From Algoriphagus sp. (GTDB lineage: Bacteria; Bacteroidota; Bacteroidia; Cytophagales; Cyclobacteriaceae), in the NCBI GenBank assembly GCA_024642365.1, contig JAHEBE010000001.1, positions 7,894 through 71,893 of the forward strand: 64,000 nt of DNA, read 5' to 3'. A model generated the notes under the pieces. That model worked only from the letters and a program-made list of their open reading frames with translations, was not told where the DNA came from and did not search any database. The position numbers and the translations under genes are program-made. Positions 28,745 to 38,611 of this stretch are shown piece after piece (the stretch's first letter is position 1; every line of letters starts with the position of its first letter).

Positions 28745-29911
28745 TTAAATGAGTGGACAGGTTAATTCTTCTCCACAGATTTGCTGGGCGAGATTTTCTC
28801 CCAAAGCGGCAGAATGTTTAAAACCATGTCCTGAACAAGCTGAAGCCATTAAAACTGATGGAAAATCCGATAACGGTTCAATTATAAAACGGCCATCTTC
28901 GGTCACAGTATAAAAACAAACCGAGGACTTGATAAATTTTCCTGTGAGCCCTTTAAATCTTCCGGCAACTTTCTCATTCCAAAAATCTTGTTGCTCCTTT
29001 TCTCCCACTTCTCTTATCAATAAATCCGGGTGGGATGTTTCCACAAAAGACTCGGAAGCCATTTTTACACTTATCCCGTCTAGCGAAGGAAAGCCATAAA
29101 TAAAATCCTCAGGCTGTGGACCGAAACCCCACATGAATACCGGGGATTTTTTCCACTCCTTATTTTGGGAATCAATTTCCAACCAATGAAGTACTTGCCT
29201 GCAGATCTTAAACTTGTTTCCTTTTTCTTTCGGAAGGAAATCCTTAATCCATCCACCTGCTGTCAAAACGACTCTTTTGGAGAAAATACTTCTGTCTTCC
29301 AACTGAACCTTGCATCCATTAGCCGCTGGCTCGACGCTCTTAACTTTGGTGTTTTTCAAAATATCTGCTCCGTATTTACTAGCAAGATCTAACTGTGCGG
29401 CAATGCATTTTTCAGGGAATAAATAGCCTGTCGCAGATTCTTGGTAGCTTTTTCCACTTGGCTCCAATAGGAGATGGGGAAAGCGGTTTTGAGTTTGGTT
29501 CCCGGATTCAATCCGGTGATCAATTTGAAATTCCTCAGCAAAAGAAATGGTCTGATCAAGAAAACTTTTTGTCCCATGTTTTTCCCAAGGGGAAATCCCA
29601 GAGTCCATCAATACACCTCCGACTGGATGATATAATTGTTCACTTCCAAACGATTCTATTTCCTTCCAAATCTGATGAGACCGAACTGCCAGCGCCACAT
29701 AATCTTTCCCTTCTCCAACTGCCAAACGTGTGATTCGAGTTTCCCCATGAGAGGAGCCAAGTGTATGAGGTGGGTCAAATTGATCTATTCCAACTACGGA
29801 AAGTCCTCTTTTGGCAAGTTGGTAAAGTGTAGCAGAACCTACTGCGCCAAGGCCGACGACTACGACATCATAATTTTTATCGAGTAGTTGATTGGAATTA
29901 ATGAGTGGCAT
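28745..29911 (-). CDS. solA: N-methyltryptophan oxidase / monomeric sarcosine oxidase
   Basis: GLGAVG FAD motif, GSSHGETRITR, flavinylation Cys in CFYT, CSGHGFK. Confidence 0.88.
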   Translation of the reverse strand: MPLINSNQLLDKNYDVVVVGLGAVGSATLYQLAKRGLSVVGIDQFDPPHTLGSSHGETRITRLAVGEGKDYVALAVRSHQIWKEIESFGSEQLYHPVGGVLMDSGISPWEKHGTKSFLDQTISFAEEFQIDHRIESGNQTQNRFPHLLLEPSGKSYQESATGYLFPEKCIAAQLDLASKYGADILKNTKVKSVEPAANGCKVQLEDRSIFSKRVVLTAGGWIKDFLPKEKGNKFKICRQVLHWLEIDSQNKEWKKSPVFMWGFGPQPEDFIYGFPSLDGISVKMASESFVETSHPDLLIREVGEKEQQDFWNEKVAGRFKGLTGKFIKSSVCFYTVTEDGRFIIEPLSDFPSVLMASACSGHGFKHSAALGENLAQQICGEELTCPLI

Positions 29912-29947
29912 AATAGTGTGGGGATTTCAACGAATATGCCAAAAAGA

Positions 29948-30544
29948 TTAGGAATTATTTCCCATTTGGGCATCTATCAATTCCCGCTTTAGTTTGCGCT
30001 CCCGCTCCAAAGTGTTTTTTCTGTGGTTTTCTAATTCTTCCTGAACCTCCTCTAAATCCTTTCGGGCCTTTTTGATTTTACTGAAGCTTCTTGAATATTG
30101 AAAGGCAAAAAATCCTAATGCTCCTGCAAGCACTACGACAATGAGCCACATGATGGACGAATAGAATGATTTTTCAATCCCCATACCCAGAAAAGTAAAA
30201 TTATCTTTTGCATCGATCGCCGCTTGCTTTTCTGTTTCAGCCACTTCAAGGGATGAATTCAAAAAGGAAATTGAATCATTTTTTGCTGCCAAAATACCCT
30301 TAGCGCTAGCCACCTCACCTTGCATGGATTTTATCGAATCCAAAATATTCGATTTCAACTGATCCAAATTCGTCCTCTTTACCACTTTATATTCTTGGAA
30401 ATTATTCGAATTCTGGTAAATATATTCGAATTGATTCGCGATCGAACCGGACTTTAGGGAAAGTGTACTATCTGCACTTTGGCTAAAACCAATTTGAATG
30501 AAAAGAAATAATATGGGAATGAGGCTGGTTGTTTTTTTGGACAT
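29948..30544 (-). CDS. Signal peptide + coiled coil + single TM + coiled coil membrane protein
   Basis: ATG 30544; NNFQEYKVVK, TM SIMWLIVVVL, LERERKLKRELID tail. Confidence 0.75.
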   Translation of the reverse strand: MSKKTTSLIPILFLFIQIGFSQSADSTLSLKSGSIANQFEYIYQNSNNFQEYKVVKRTNLDQLKSNILDSIKSMQGEVASAKGILAAKNDSISFLNSSLEVAETEKQAAIDAKDNFTFLGMGIEKSFYSSIMWLIVVVLAGALGFFAFQYSRSFSKIKKARKDLEEVQEELENHRKNTLERERKLKRELIDAQMGNNS

Positions 30545-30825
30545 CGTCTGATTCTTTAGAAAAAGATTTTTGAAAACTCGTTTCAAGAAACATGCCTTCG
30601 ATGAAATTTCATCAATTTTTTTAATGGATTTCTCAATTTTTTGATGAATTCGAGCCAATCTACTTGAATTTCTAGTCAATGATCCAGTTAAATTCGATCC
30701 AATTGAGATTTTATTCCAATTGGAATTGGTTCTAAATCAGAAGATAATTTCAAAAATTTGGAATTTGAAACCATTTTCAATTTATGGTTACTACGCTTAA
30801 ATTTAGAAAAACAGAATCCTGATTC

Positions 30826-32046
30826 ATGCTGAAGCAAACAGTTCTTCTTATTTCCCTTTTTAACCTTTTAACCTTTTCCTATGGTCAAGTAGATTCTTCT
30901 GCGCCCAACGCTGCACTTCTTCAAGATGCCATCGAAGCATTTGATAAACAACAATGGCAGCAGGCAGAAATGCTGCTTACAAATTGGATTAGCACTCACC
31001 CAAGAGATCTCGAAGCCTACTGGATGCGAGGCCAAGCTTTTGAGCGTTTATCAAACTTAGATCGAGCATTGGCAGATTTTTCAAGTTTGCTTAGCATCAA
31101 TCCCGAATTCGCAGAAGCTTATTTTGCCAGGGGCAGGGTTCGGTTTTTACTAAAACAATATGAACCTGCCATCAAGGATTTTCAGGATTTTCTAGTCACT
31201 CCTCCGGGAGAAACAACCCGAATAATTTACAGGCAAGGAGCCGGGGATCAAGGCGTCTCTCAAATCATGACAGCTCAATCCGAAAATCCGGCGCAAGCTT
31301 ATTACCACTTGGGGCTTTGTAGCTTTGAGTTGGGCGAGTTTGATTTGGCAGTGGATTATTTTGAAAGCGCACTGGAAAACGACCCCACCAACCCTGACTA
31401 TTATTCGGAAAAAGGAAGGGCCTATATCCGGATTGGAGAAAACATGCTCGCAATTTCATCCTTTGAAGCAGCTTTAGAAATCAACCCTGGGCATCTTCCT
31501 GCAAAGCAGGGCTTGGCTCAAGTAAAAGAAGGAGGGGATTTAGCCCTTCTGGAGCAACTCGATCAAGTAATTGCTGATTCCATTGCCAATGGTCAAACCT
31601 ATAAACAAAGGGGATTCTACCGAATGAATCATGGCGACAGTCTTGGTGCTATCGAGGATTTCACAGCTGCAATCGGCTTGGACGAATTTGATACCGAATC
31701 CTATTATTATCGCGGGAAAATTTATACTGGAAAAAAGAGTTGGAAGCTTGCAGAACGAGATTTTTCTGATGCGCTCCTGCTTGAAGATTCCAATGGAGCT
31801 TATTACTTAGGTCGAGGCCAAGCCAGGTATTTAGCCGGAGACCTGGACGCAGCGCTAGCTGATTTCATCCAACTGATCGCAAATGACCCAGAGAATCCGG
31901 CAGGCTATTACCATCAAGGAATAACGCTTCAGCGATTAAAAAGAATTGAAGAAGCCTGTTCAGCCCTATTGAAAGCCAGTGAATTGGGAATGATTCAGGC
32001 AAAGACTGTTTGGGAAAAAGTCTGTAATTCTAAAGCTCAGCAGTAG
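30826..32046 (+). CDS. Secreted tetratricopeptide repeat protein
   Basis: Signal peptide; repeated AY..RG...A..DF..A TPR pattern. Confidence 0.9.
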   Translation: MLKQTVLLISLFNLLTFSYGQVDSSAPNAALLQDAIEAFDKQQWQQAEMLLTNWISTHPRDLEAYWMRGQAFERLSNLDRALADFSSLLSINPEFAEAYFARGRVRFLLKQYEPAIKDFQDFLVTPPGETTRIIYRQGAGDQGVSQIMTAQSENPAQAYYHLGLCSFELGEFDLAVDYFESALENDPTNPDYYSEKGRAYIRIGENMLAISSFEAALEINPGHLPAKQGLAQVKEGGDLALLEQLDQVIADSIANGQTYKQRGFYRMNHGDSLGAIEDFTAAIGLDEFDTESYYYRGKIYTGKKSWKLAERDFSDALLLEDSNGAYYLGRGQARYLAGDLDAALADFIQLIANDPENPAGYYHQGITLQRLKRIEEACSALLKASELGMIQAKTVWEKVCNSKAQQ

Positions 32047-33256
32047 TATCCACCTGAGAAGCAATGTGAGCCGGTCTCCAGGAAGCTGCAAATGTAATCG
32101 TCAAAATAGCCAAGCTAATCCAGACAAAATCTGTCCAAACCACTCGGACAGGATATGCATCCACCACAGCTGAGGAAATCCCAAGGGAAACTAAGCCAAA
32201 ACTTTGCTGTAAAAAACATACCCCATAGCCTAAAATCAAACCGAGAATGGCCCCGGAAAAAGCAATCATCATTCCCTGCTTCAGGAAGATTCGATGAATC
32301 AATTTATCTGTGGCTCCCATGGCTTTGAGCACGGCCATGTCTTTTTTCTTTTCGATGGCGAGCATACTCAGTGAAAAGAAAATATTGAAGGAAGCAATTG
32401 CCAAAATAAATGTAAGGGTCAAAAAGACAAAAAACTTTTCCAATTTGACTGTCCTCAATAATGCCGCATGTTGCTCATCAGTGTTTTTTACGGAGAAATC
32501 TGGTCCTAAATGAGTCTTTAAGTTTTCTTGAACTTCATCGATCGAATATCCTTCCGCTACCTTGACTTCAAGGGAAGTACGCTTGTCTCCATAATTGAGT
32601 AGGCTCTTGGTAAATTCTAAAGGAACGATAATGTATTGATCATCAAATTGCCGCTCAATGCTAAAATAGGCCACCGGTTCCAAAGTAGCCGTCGCGTAAA
32701 GTTGGTTTGGATCCAATGTAGCTGCACTTCTTGGCGCTTTGGGATAAAAGACTTTTAAAGGGACGTTGACATTGTTCAAATTCACAGAGAGAAAAAACCC
32801 AACCCCACGACCCAAAATAGCTGCAGGTCGAAGGTCTGTACCAAGCGTGGTATCCCCCCAAAAATAGCCTTTGGAAAACCTTCCCTGATCTAGAAAATTA
32901 TCGGAAACTCCCTTCACTCGACCGATCATTTGATTGCCATTGTAATCCAATAGCGCATTATCTTCAATCACTTCGGTCAGAATGGCGACCCCTTCCACTT
33001 TCTCTATAGCAGTAAGCCAATCAGAACTCGTTTGGAAGCTTTTCCCTAGTGTAGCCTCGATTTTTATCTCTGCATCAAAACTTGCAAAAAGCCCGCGAAT
33101 CAAATCTTCCAAACCATTAAAAACAGACATCACGATCACCAATGCCATTGTACCTACGGTCACTCCAATGATAGAAATGATGGAAAGTATGGTGATGAAG
33201 TTCCGTTTCTTTTTGCTTCGGAAATATCGTGACGCTATAAACGAGCTAAGATTCAA
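32030..33256 (-). CDS. LolC/LolE (FtsX-like) ABC permease
   Basis: ASRYFRS, MSVFNG, AIASFNI, EKKKDMAVLKAMGA, AYPV. Confidence 0.9.
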   Translation of the reverse strand: MNLSSFIASRYFRSKKKRNFITILSIISIIGVTVGTMALVIVMSVFNGLEDLIRGLFASFDAEIKIEATLGKSFQTSSDWLTAIEKVEGVAILTEVIEDNALLDYNGNQMIGRVKGVSDNFLDQGRFSKGYFWGDTTLGTDLRPAAILGRGVGFFLSVNLNNVNVPLKVFYPKAPRSAATLDPNQLYATATLEPVAYFSIERQFDDQYIIVPLEFTKSLLNYGDKRTSLEVKVAEGYSIDEVQENLKTHLGPDFSVKNTDEQHAALLRTVKLEKFFVFLTLTFILAIASFNIFFSLSMLAIEKKKDMAVLKAMGATDKLIHRIFLKQGMMIAFSGAILGLILGYGVCFLQQSFGLVSLGISSAVVDAYPVRVVWTDFVWISLAILTITFAASWRPAHIASQVDTTAEL

Positions 33257-33266
33257 GGCCTGGGAT

Positions 33267-33644
33267 TTAATCTTCCTCCTCTTCTTCAGGAGGAGCGGGT
33301 GGGATATTCAAATCAGAAATCACCTTGTCCATGTGCTGGGCATAGGACGCTGAGTCATCTGGAAAGAATGCGATTTCAGGAATAATCCGAACTGATTTTC
33401 CGATTCGTTTGGCAAGGGTATGTCTGATTTCCTTTTTGTGCTCATTGATTAGCTCATAAGTTGCCTTTGGGTCAGCCAATAAAAAGCTTAAATAAATTTT
33501 TGCAAACCCAAGGTCAGGACTAACCATTACACGCGTAATAGTGACCATTGCTCTACCAATCAGGTGTTTTGCCTCCTTTTGAAATATATCACCAAGCTCC
33601 TTTTGGAGCAATTTTGCGTGTTTTTGTTGTCTTTTACTTTCCAT
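33267..33644 (-). CDS. rbfA: Ribosome-binding factor A
   Basis: ESKRQQK, V.VSPDL..AKIYLS, RIIPEIAFFPD. Confidence 0.95.
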   Translation of the reverse strand: MESKRQQKHAKLLQKELGDIFQKEAKHLIGRAMVTITRVMVSPDLGFAKIYLSFLLADPKATYELINEHKKEIRHTLAKRIGKSVRIIPEIAFFPDDSASYAQHMDKVISDLNIPPAPPEEEEED

Positions 33645-33661
33645 CACAAGTATTTATGGTA

Positions 33662-33669
33662 CAAATTTA
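33662..33669 (-). promoter_or_regulatory. Bacteroidota -7 promoter element for rbfA
   Basis: TAAATTTG on minus strand. Confidence 0.55.
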
Positions 33670-33731
33670 GCGAAATAGTTGGGCAAGGGTTAATTTCGGG
33701 CAAACCAAGCCACCACTTTTACTTATTCGAT

Positions 33732-35111
33732 TTGTTAAACTTCTTTCGAGTCAATGATCCATTTAGATTGATCGGCATAGGAATCTACCTTTTGCTGTTG
33801 ACTGCAATCTATTTCCTAGTGAATCCATTTCCAATAACTTCCGCTCAGCTGACTTGGCTGATCTTGGGCGAGCGGGTTGGTGATGGGTTTTTGTTGTATA
33901 AGGATATCATCGATGATACGGGGCCATTGGCTGCGGGTTTTTTCATGGCAATGGATTTGATTTTTGGGAGAAGTTTGGTGGCATACGAATGGGTGGGTAG
34001 GCTCTTGATTTTATTTCAAATTCTTTATTGGAATTCAATCTTAATTAAGTTCCGGGCCTTTGAGGAAAACACCTATTTGCCAGCGATCATTATGGCTGCA
34101 TTGTTCCATTTTTCCTTTGATATGCTCAGCTTGAGCCCAGCATTATTGGCAAGCTGTTTCTTGATCTTGGCTCTTGGACAACTTTTCTCCCAAACTGTTT
34201 TGCAAAAAGAGGGGTCAGAATCAACGCTTTTGATTGGACTCTATGCCGGAATCGCCACTGGATTTCAGCCCAATTACTTGCTTTTTCTTCCTTACCTAAT
34301 CTTTACCGGAATCGCAATCAGCGGCTTTTCTTTTCGCCAATTAATGCTTTCTCTGATTGGCTATTTCCTTCCACTGATCTTAATAGTTGTATTCTATTTT
34401 TGGACAGAAGGGCTAATTGAAGCGATTGAAATTTGGCCACTTTCATTCTTTTCAGAAAAGTATTACTACCAGTCCAGCCTAGATTGGCTGATTCTAGGAT
34501 CATTTCCTATCCTGCTCGCAGCAGTAGGATACTTTGTTTCTACTGCGTTCAAAGGGTCTACCATTAATCAGCAGAAGCAGCGACAATTGGTAATTTTGTG
34601 GATGCTGTTTTCGGCTTTTGAGTTTGTGTTTATCAAGCGTCAGGGAGCTTTTCAATTGGTGATCTTTATCCCAGTTCTGACTTACTTGATCACGCAATTT
34701 TACCTTTATTTCAAATCAGGAATCATTGCCAATCTTTCATTTTTGCTATTGATTTTAGCTTTCCCAATCGTCTCGTGGTGGTATTGGCAACAAAAAAGTC
34801 AAGGAGATTATTTTGTCAAGCCTTCCACGAATCAACCAGAAAAAAGCCTAATGGTATTAGGCAACGACCTTTCCTATTTCCAAAACTCAAACTTGGGAGG
34901 TCCTTTTTTAAATTATAACCTCTCACGTGTGTATCTCAACCAAGAGCGGGGGCTTCCTGAAAAAGCTCGTATTTTTCAAATGCTCCAAGTTCAAAAAAGT
35001 GAAGTGGTCCTCGATCCCAATGGGGAGTTTAAGCGATTACTTCGTCAGTTTCCTGCCTTAGAATCAAATTATACAGAGACAAAACCCGGTGTTTTTCATT
35101 TGAAAAAATAA
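33732..35111 (+). CDS. Polytopic membrane protein (DUF6427-like; GT-C-like loop motif)
   Basis: TTG 33732 start avoids overlap with rbfA; many TM helices; G..LYKDIIDDTGPL after TM1. Confidence 0.7.
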   Translation: MLNFFRVNDPFRLIGIGIYLLLLTAIYFLVNPFPITSAQLTWLILGERVGDGFLLYKDIIDDTGPLAAGFFMAMDLIFGRSLVAYEWVGRLLILFQILYWNSILIKFRAFEENTYLPAIIMAALFHFSFDMLSLSPALLASCFLILALGQLFSQTVLQKEGSESTLLIGLYAGIATGFQPNYLLFLPYLIFTGIAISGFSFRQLMLSLIGYFLPLILIVVFYFWTEGLIEAIEIWPLSFFSEKYYYQSSLDWLILGSFPILLAAVGYFVSTAFKGSTINQQKQRQLVILWMLFSAFEFVFIKRQGAFQLVIFIPVLTYLITQFYLYFKSGIIANLSFLLLILAFPIVSWWYWQQKSQGDYFVKPSTNQPEKSLMVLGNDLSYFQNSNLGGPFLNYNLSRVYLNQERGLPEKARIFQMLQVQKSEVVLDPNGEFKRLLRQFPALESNYTETKPGVFHLKK

Positions 35112-35126
35112 CTCAGGGAAACTCAG

Positions 35127-35164
35127 AAAAAAGCCCGATAGATTAAGAATCCATCGGGCTTTTT
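35127..35164. terminator. Bidirectional terminator
   Basis: AAAAAAGCCCGAT...ATCGGGCTTTTT. Confidence 0.88.
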
Positions 35165-35169
35165 CATGT

Positions 35170-35607
35170 TTAGCTACAAGCGATTTTATTCACCCGGTTT
35201 TGATGCCTACCTCCTTCAAAGTCCGTAGTCAAAAATGTCTCGGCTAATTTTTCAGCCAATTCATAGCTGATAAATCTTGCAGGGATTGCGATGACATTTG
35301 CATCGTTATGTTGACGAGCCAAAGCTGCCAGTTCTTCGTTCCAGCAAAGTGCGGCTCTAATTCCCTGGTGTTTATTCGCTGTGATTGCAACTCCATTTCC
35401 ACTTCCACAGATAACGATCCCCAGTTCGAATTCCCCTGACTCCACTGCTGAACTTAAAGGGTGTACAAAGTCCGGATAATCCACTGAAGCCTCAGAGAAT
35501 GGTCCAAAATCTTTGACTTCATATCCCAAGGAAACGAGCCTAGCCACCAGTTTAGCCTTGTATTCGAATCCGGCATGGTCGCCACCTATTGCTATTTTTT
35601 TCGACAT
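35170..35607 (-). CDS. rpiB: Ribose-5-phosphate isomerase B
   Basis: DHAGF, VDYPD, CGSGNG, ARQHNDAN, FEGGRH. Confidence 0.97.
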   Translation of the reverse strand: MSKKIAIGGDHAGFEYKAKLVARLVSLGYEVKDFGPFSEASVDYPDFVHPLSSAVESGEFELGIVICGSGNGVAITANKHQGIRAALCWNEELAALARQHNDANVIAIPARFISYELAEKLAETFLTTDFEGGRHQNRVNKIACS

Positions 35608-35627
35608 GATTTTTTCTTTCTATCTAC

Positions 35628-36479
35628 TTAAAGCGCGTCATCGATATCCTGTTGCGCTGCTTTTAATGCTCTTTTTTTCTCTAATCGCTTGGCAATTTGA
35701 ATCCCCGCCTCATATAAAATAAGAATAGGCATTGCTATCAAGATCTGGCTGATTACATCAGGAGGTGTAATGATTGCTGCCAAAATCAAGATCACCACAA
35801 TGGAATGGCGTCGGTAGGAAATCAACATTCCCGAGGTTACCAAACCAGACATCGCCAAGAAATAAACCACTACTGGAAGCTGAAACATGATCGCCGAAGC
35901 CAATACCAACATCGTCAATGTACTTACATAGGAAGTGATGTCGAATTCATTCAGAATCGTAGGATCCAATTGGTAATTCGAAAGGAAATTAATGGAAAGT
36001 GGCGCTAGGATAAAGTATCCAAATGAAGCTCCTAGGAAAAAGAGCATACTCACAAAGAAAACCGCGCCGCGTGCTGCATTCCGCTCTTGATCATATAGGC
36101 CTGGACTGATAAATCTCCATACTTCCCAAAAGACATAAGGAAAAGCCACAATGAAACCCACTACCAAACTGGAGGTCATGTGCATCGAAAACTGACCCGT
36201 CATCTGTCTACTTTGGATGGTAAAAGGAAGTTCATCAATACACAAAGCAGGAATTCCAAAATAGTCACTCAAGTTGCACATCCATCGGTAGGTGACAAAA
36301 TCCACTTTTGATGGACCCAAAATCACGATTCCAAAGACTATGCTTTTCGCAATGAATGCTACGACTGTAAGAATCAGGATAGCGGAGACGGATCGAAATA
36401 AATGCCATCTTAACGCTTCCAAATGGTCCAGAAAGGACATCCCTTCTTCTTCCTCTTCTTGATATTGATCTAAGGCCAC
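35628..36479 (-). CDS. tatC: Twin-arginine translocase TatC
   Basis: MSFLDHLEALR, W.FISPGLY, FQLP, AIITPPD. Confidence 0.96.
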   Translation of the reverse strand: MALDQYQEEEEEGMSFLDHLEALRWHLFRSVSAILILTVVAFIAKSIVFGIVILGPSKVDFVTYRWMCNLSDYFGIPALCIDELPFTIQSRQMTGQFSMHMTSSLVVGFIVAFPYVFWEVWRFISPGLYDQERNAARGAVFFVSMLFFLGASFGYFILAPLSINFLSNYQLDPTILNEFDITSYVSTLTMLVLASAIMFQLPVVVYFLAMSGLVTSGMLISYRRHSIVVILILAAIITPPDVISQILIAMPILILYEAGIQIAKRLEKKRALKAAQQDIDDAL

Positions 36480-36494
36480 AGGTGTTTGAGCTTC

Positions 36495-37763
36495 TTAATA
36501 AAGTGGAAATTTGATCATCCATGAGTTTACCTCACTTTTGATTTTTGCCAATTCGGCTTCGTTGTCGTGATTCATCAATGCGCGATCGATCAAGCCAACG
36601 ATTTTTTTCATATCGGATTCTTTCAGCCCTCGAGTAGTGATCGCAGGTGTTCCTATACGCATCCCTGAGGTCACAAAAGGTGATTTGGTATCAAAAGGAA
36701 CCATGTTCTTATTGATGGTGATATCCACTTTCCCAAGGGTTTCCTCGGCAAGCTTTCCTGTCAGGTCTTTATTTCTAAGATCGATTAGCATCAAATGGTT
36801 GTCAGTTCCTCCTGAGATTAATTTATAACCTAGACTTACGAACTCAGCAGCCATAATGGATGCATTTAATTTTACCTGAAGGATGTATTCCATGTAATCA
36901 TCTGAAAGACATTCTTCAAAGGCCACCGCTTTTGCCGCGATAATATGTTCCAATGGTCCGCCTTGTGTACCTGGGAATACACCCATATCCAGCAAAGCAG
37001 TCATTTTTCGGATTTCTCCTTTTGGTGTAGTCAATCCCCAAGGATTGTCAAAATCCTCCCGCATCAAAATCAAGCCCCCTCGAGGTCCTCGAAGAGTTTT
37101 ATGTGTAGTAGTGGTGACGATGTGACAATGATCTAATGGATCATTTAAAAGTCCCCTTGCAATTAATCCTGATGGATGGGATACGTCTGCCAATAAAATC
37201 GCCCCTACTTGATCTGCAATTTCACGCAACCGCTCATAATCCCAGTCTCTCGAATAGGCCGATGCTCCGCAAATAATCATTTTAGGATTTACTGCAAGTG
37301 CCTTCTCCTCTACTTTATCGTAATCAATCACCCCAGTTTCCTCTTCCACCCCATAGAAATGAGGGTCATAAAGCTTTCCTGAAAAATTAACCGGTGAGCC
37401 ATGTGTCAAGTGCCCTCCATGAGAAAGGTCAAAACCTAAAATTGGATCACCAGCTTTGAGGCATGCAAGGAAAACCGCTGCGTTAGCCTGAGCACCAGAA
37501 TGGGGCTGAACATTTGCCCATGTTGCTCCAAAAAGTTTTTTAGCCCTGTCAATCGCCAATTGCTCGATTTCATCGACCACTTCGCAACCGCCATAATAGC
37601 GTTTGCCTGGAAGCCCTTCGGCATATTTATTCGTCAGGACGCTGCCTGCTGCTTCCATGACTTGTTTACTGGTGAAATTTTCTGAAGCTATTAATTCAAT
37701 GCCTCTTTTTTGTCTGTCTTCTTCTTGAGCAATTAGGTCGAAAACAAGCGAATCTCTTTTCAT
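36495..37763 (-). CDS. glyA: Serine hydroxymethyltransferase
   Basis: [36 protein letters not shown] site. Confidence 0.98.
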   Translation of the reverse strand: MKRDSLVFDLIAQEEDRQKRGIELIASENFTSKQVMEAAGSVLTNKYAEGLPGKRYYGGCEVVDEIEQLAIDRAKKLFGATWANVQPHSGAQANAAVFLACLKAGDPILGFDLSHGGHLTHGSPVNFSGKLYDPHFYGVEEETGVIDYDKVEEKALAVNPKMIICGASAYSRDWDYERLREIADQVGAILLADVSHPSGLIARGLLNDPLDHCHIVTTTTHKTLRGPRGGLILMREDFDNPWGLTTPKGEIRKMTALLDMGVFPGTQGGPLEHIIAAKAVAFEECLSDDYMEYILQVKLNASIMAAEFVSLGYKLISGGTDNHLMLIDLRNKDLTGKLAEETLGKVDITINKNMVPFDTKSPFVTSGMRIGTPAITTRGLKESDMKKIVGLIDRALMNHDNEAELAKIKSEVNSWMIKFPLY

Positions 37764-37828
37764 AACTAGGGGTTTGAGAGCAATTATGGAAATGGTCTAG
37801 TAACATGATGATCCCAGACCGAACGACC

Positions 37829-37836
37829 CAAAAATA
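37829..37836 (-). promoter_or_regulatory. Bacteroidota -7 promoter element for glyA
   Basis: TATTTTTG on minus strand, 65 nt above ATG. Confidence 0.55.
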
Positions 37837-37911
37837 GCCCGAAAGTCCCGATTATCCAATCCTAAATCCAGATACAAATTCGGTTTGAAAAGGAATTCCT
37901 ACTTTTGGAAG

Positions 37912-38286
37912 ATGATCAATTTTAAATTTCGGCCTGAAACCTACTTTAGCGAGGAAATCACTTCGGTTTTGTTGGTGAAATTGAATTTCCCCGAAAGTAA
38001 ATGGGGAGAACAATTAAGTATTTATGCCCATTCAAATGCTCATCGAATCAACCTTGAGGCAGTTGATTTCTATGGAAATGACTACATCCTTTATCCTTCT
38101 ACCATTGATGAACCGCTATCGCTAGAGGATTTGGTCTATCTTTTAGAAGGAATTCAACTCAACAAAGATGATATTCAAGGTGGAATGGAATTAATCCTGG
38201 ACGGAGTACCTCTTGCAGTCAGTCCTTTTTATCCTGAACTTGAAATCTACTTTGAGGAAAAAAGAAAAAGTTACGGATTGGATTAA
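37912..38286 (+). CDS. Hypothetical protein
   Basis: Intact acidic ORF; ATG 37912 just after a TACTTTTG element. Confidence 0.65.
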   Translation: MINFKFRPETYFSEEITSVLLVKLNFPESKWGEQLSIYAHSNAHRINLEAVDFYGNDYILYPSTIDEPLSLEDLVYLLEGIQLNKDDIQGGMELILDGVPLAVSPFYPELEIYFEEKRKSYGLD

Positions 38287-38510
38287 AAGTCCAAAACAGA
38301 GGGGGCGTTACTTGAAACTTGATTTGTTTTAAACCAAAAGTCATAGATTTCAAAATCGATGCAATCTGCCAATTCAATTCCTTGGAAGATTATCTTTCGA
38401 AGACTTTGAATAGGAAGCCAAGATTTAATCAAATCCATCTGCTCTTGTGACAATTGAGAAAGTTGGATCCACTTTTTCCCATCAATAAAAATTGGTATTA
38501 GCTTAGTCAT
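38283..38510 (-). CDS. Hypothetical small protein
   Basis: 75 aa from ATG 38510; KWIQLSQL...DCIDFEIYDFWF. Confidence 0.6.
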   Translation of the reverse strand: MTKLIPIFIDGKKWIQLSQLSQEQMDLIKSWLPIQSLRKIIFQGIELADCIDFEIYDFWFKTNQVSSNAPSVLDF

Positions 38511-38611
38511 CGTGAAATAATTTGATTCAAAATTAGCAGGATTGGACGCGTGGGTCAATTTTAAAAAATTATGTTTATGTTAATTAATTGTTTGGTTACC
38601 AAAATTCTAGC

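Noticed and set aside
30545-30679. N-terminal extension of the 243-aa ORF
   Set aside because: Signal peptide begins at ATG 30544; the extension lies in a palindrome-rich intergenic region
33564-33731. N-terminal extension of the 515-aa ORF
   Set aside because: Overlaps rbfA and its promoter; TTG 33732 is the more plausible start
37764-37860. ZTP (pfl) riboswitch upstream of glyA
   Set aside because: GGGTCGT start is suggestive but the GACTGGCG and CGCCTGGG consensus elements are absent
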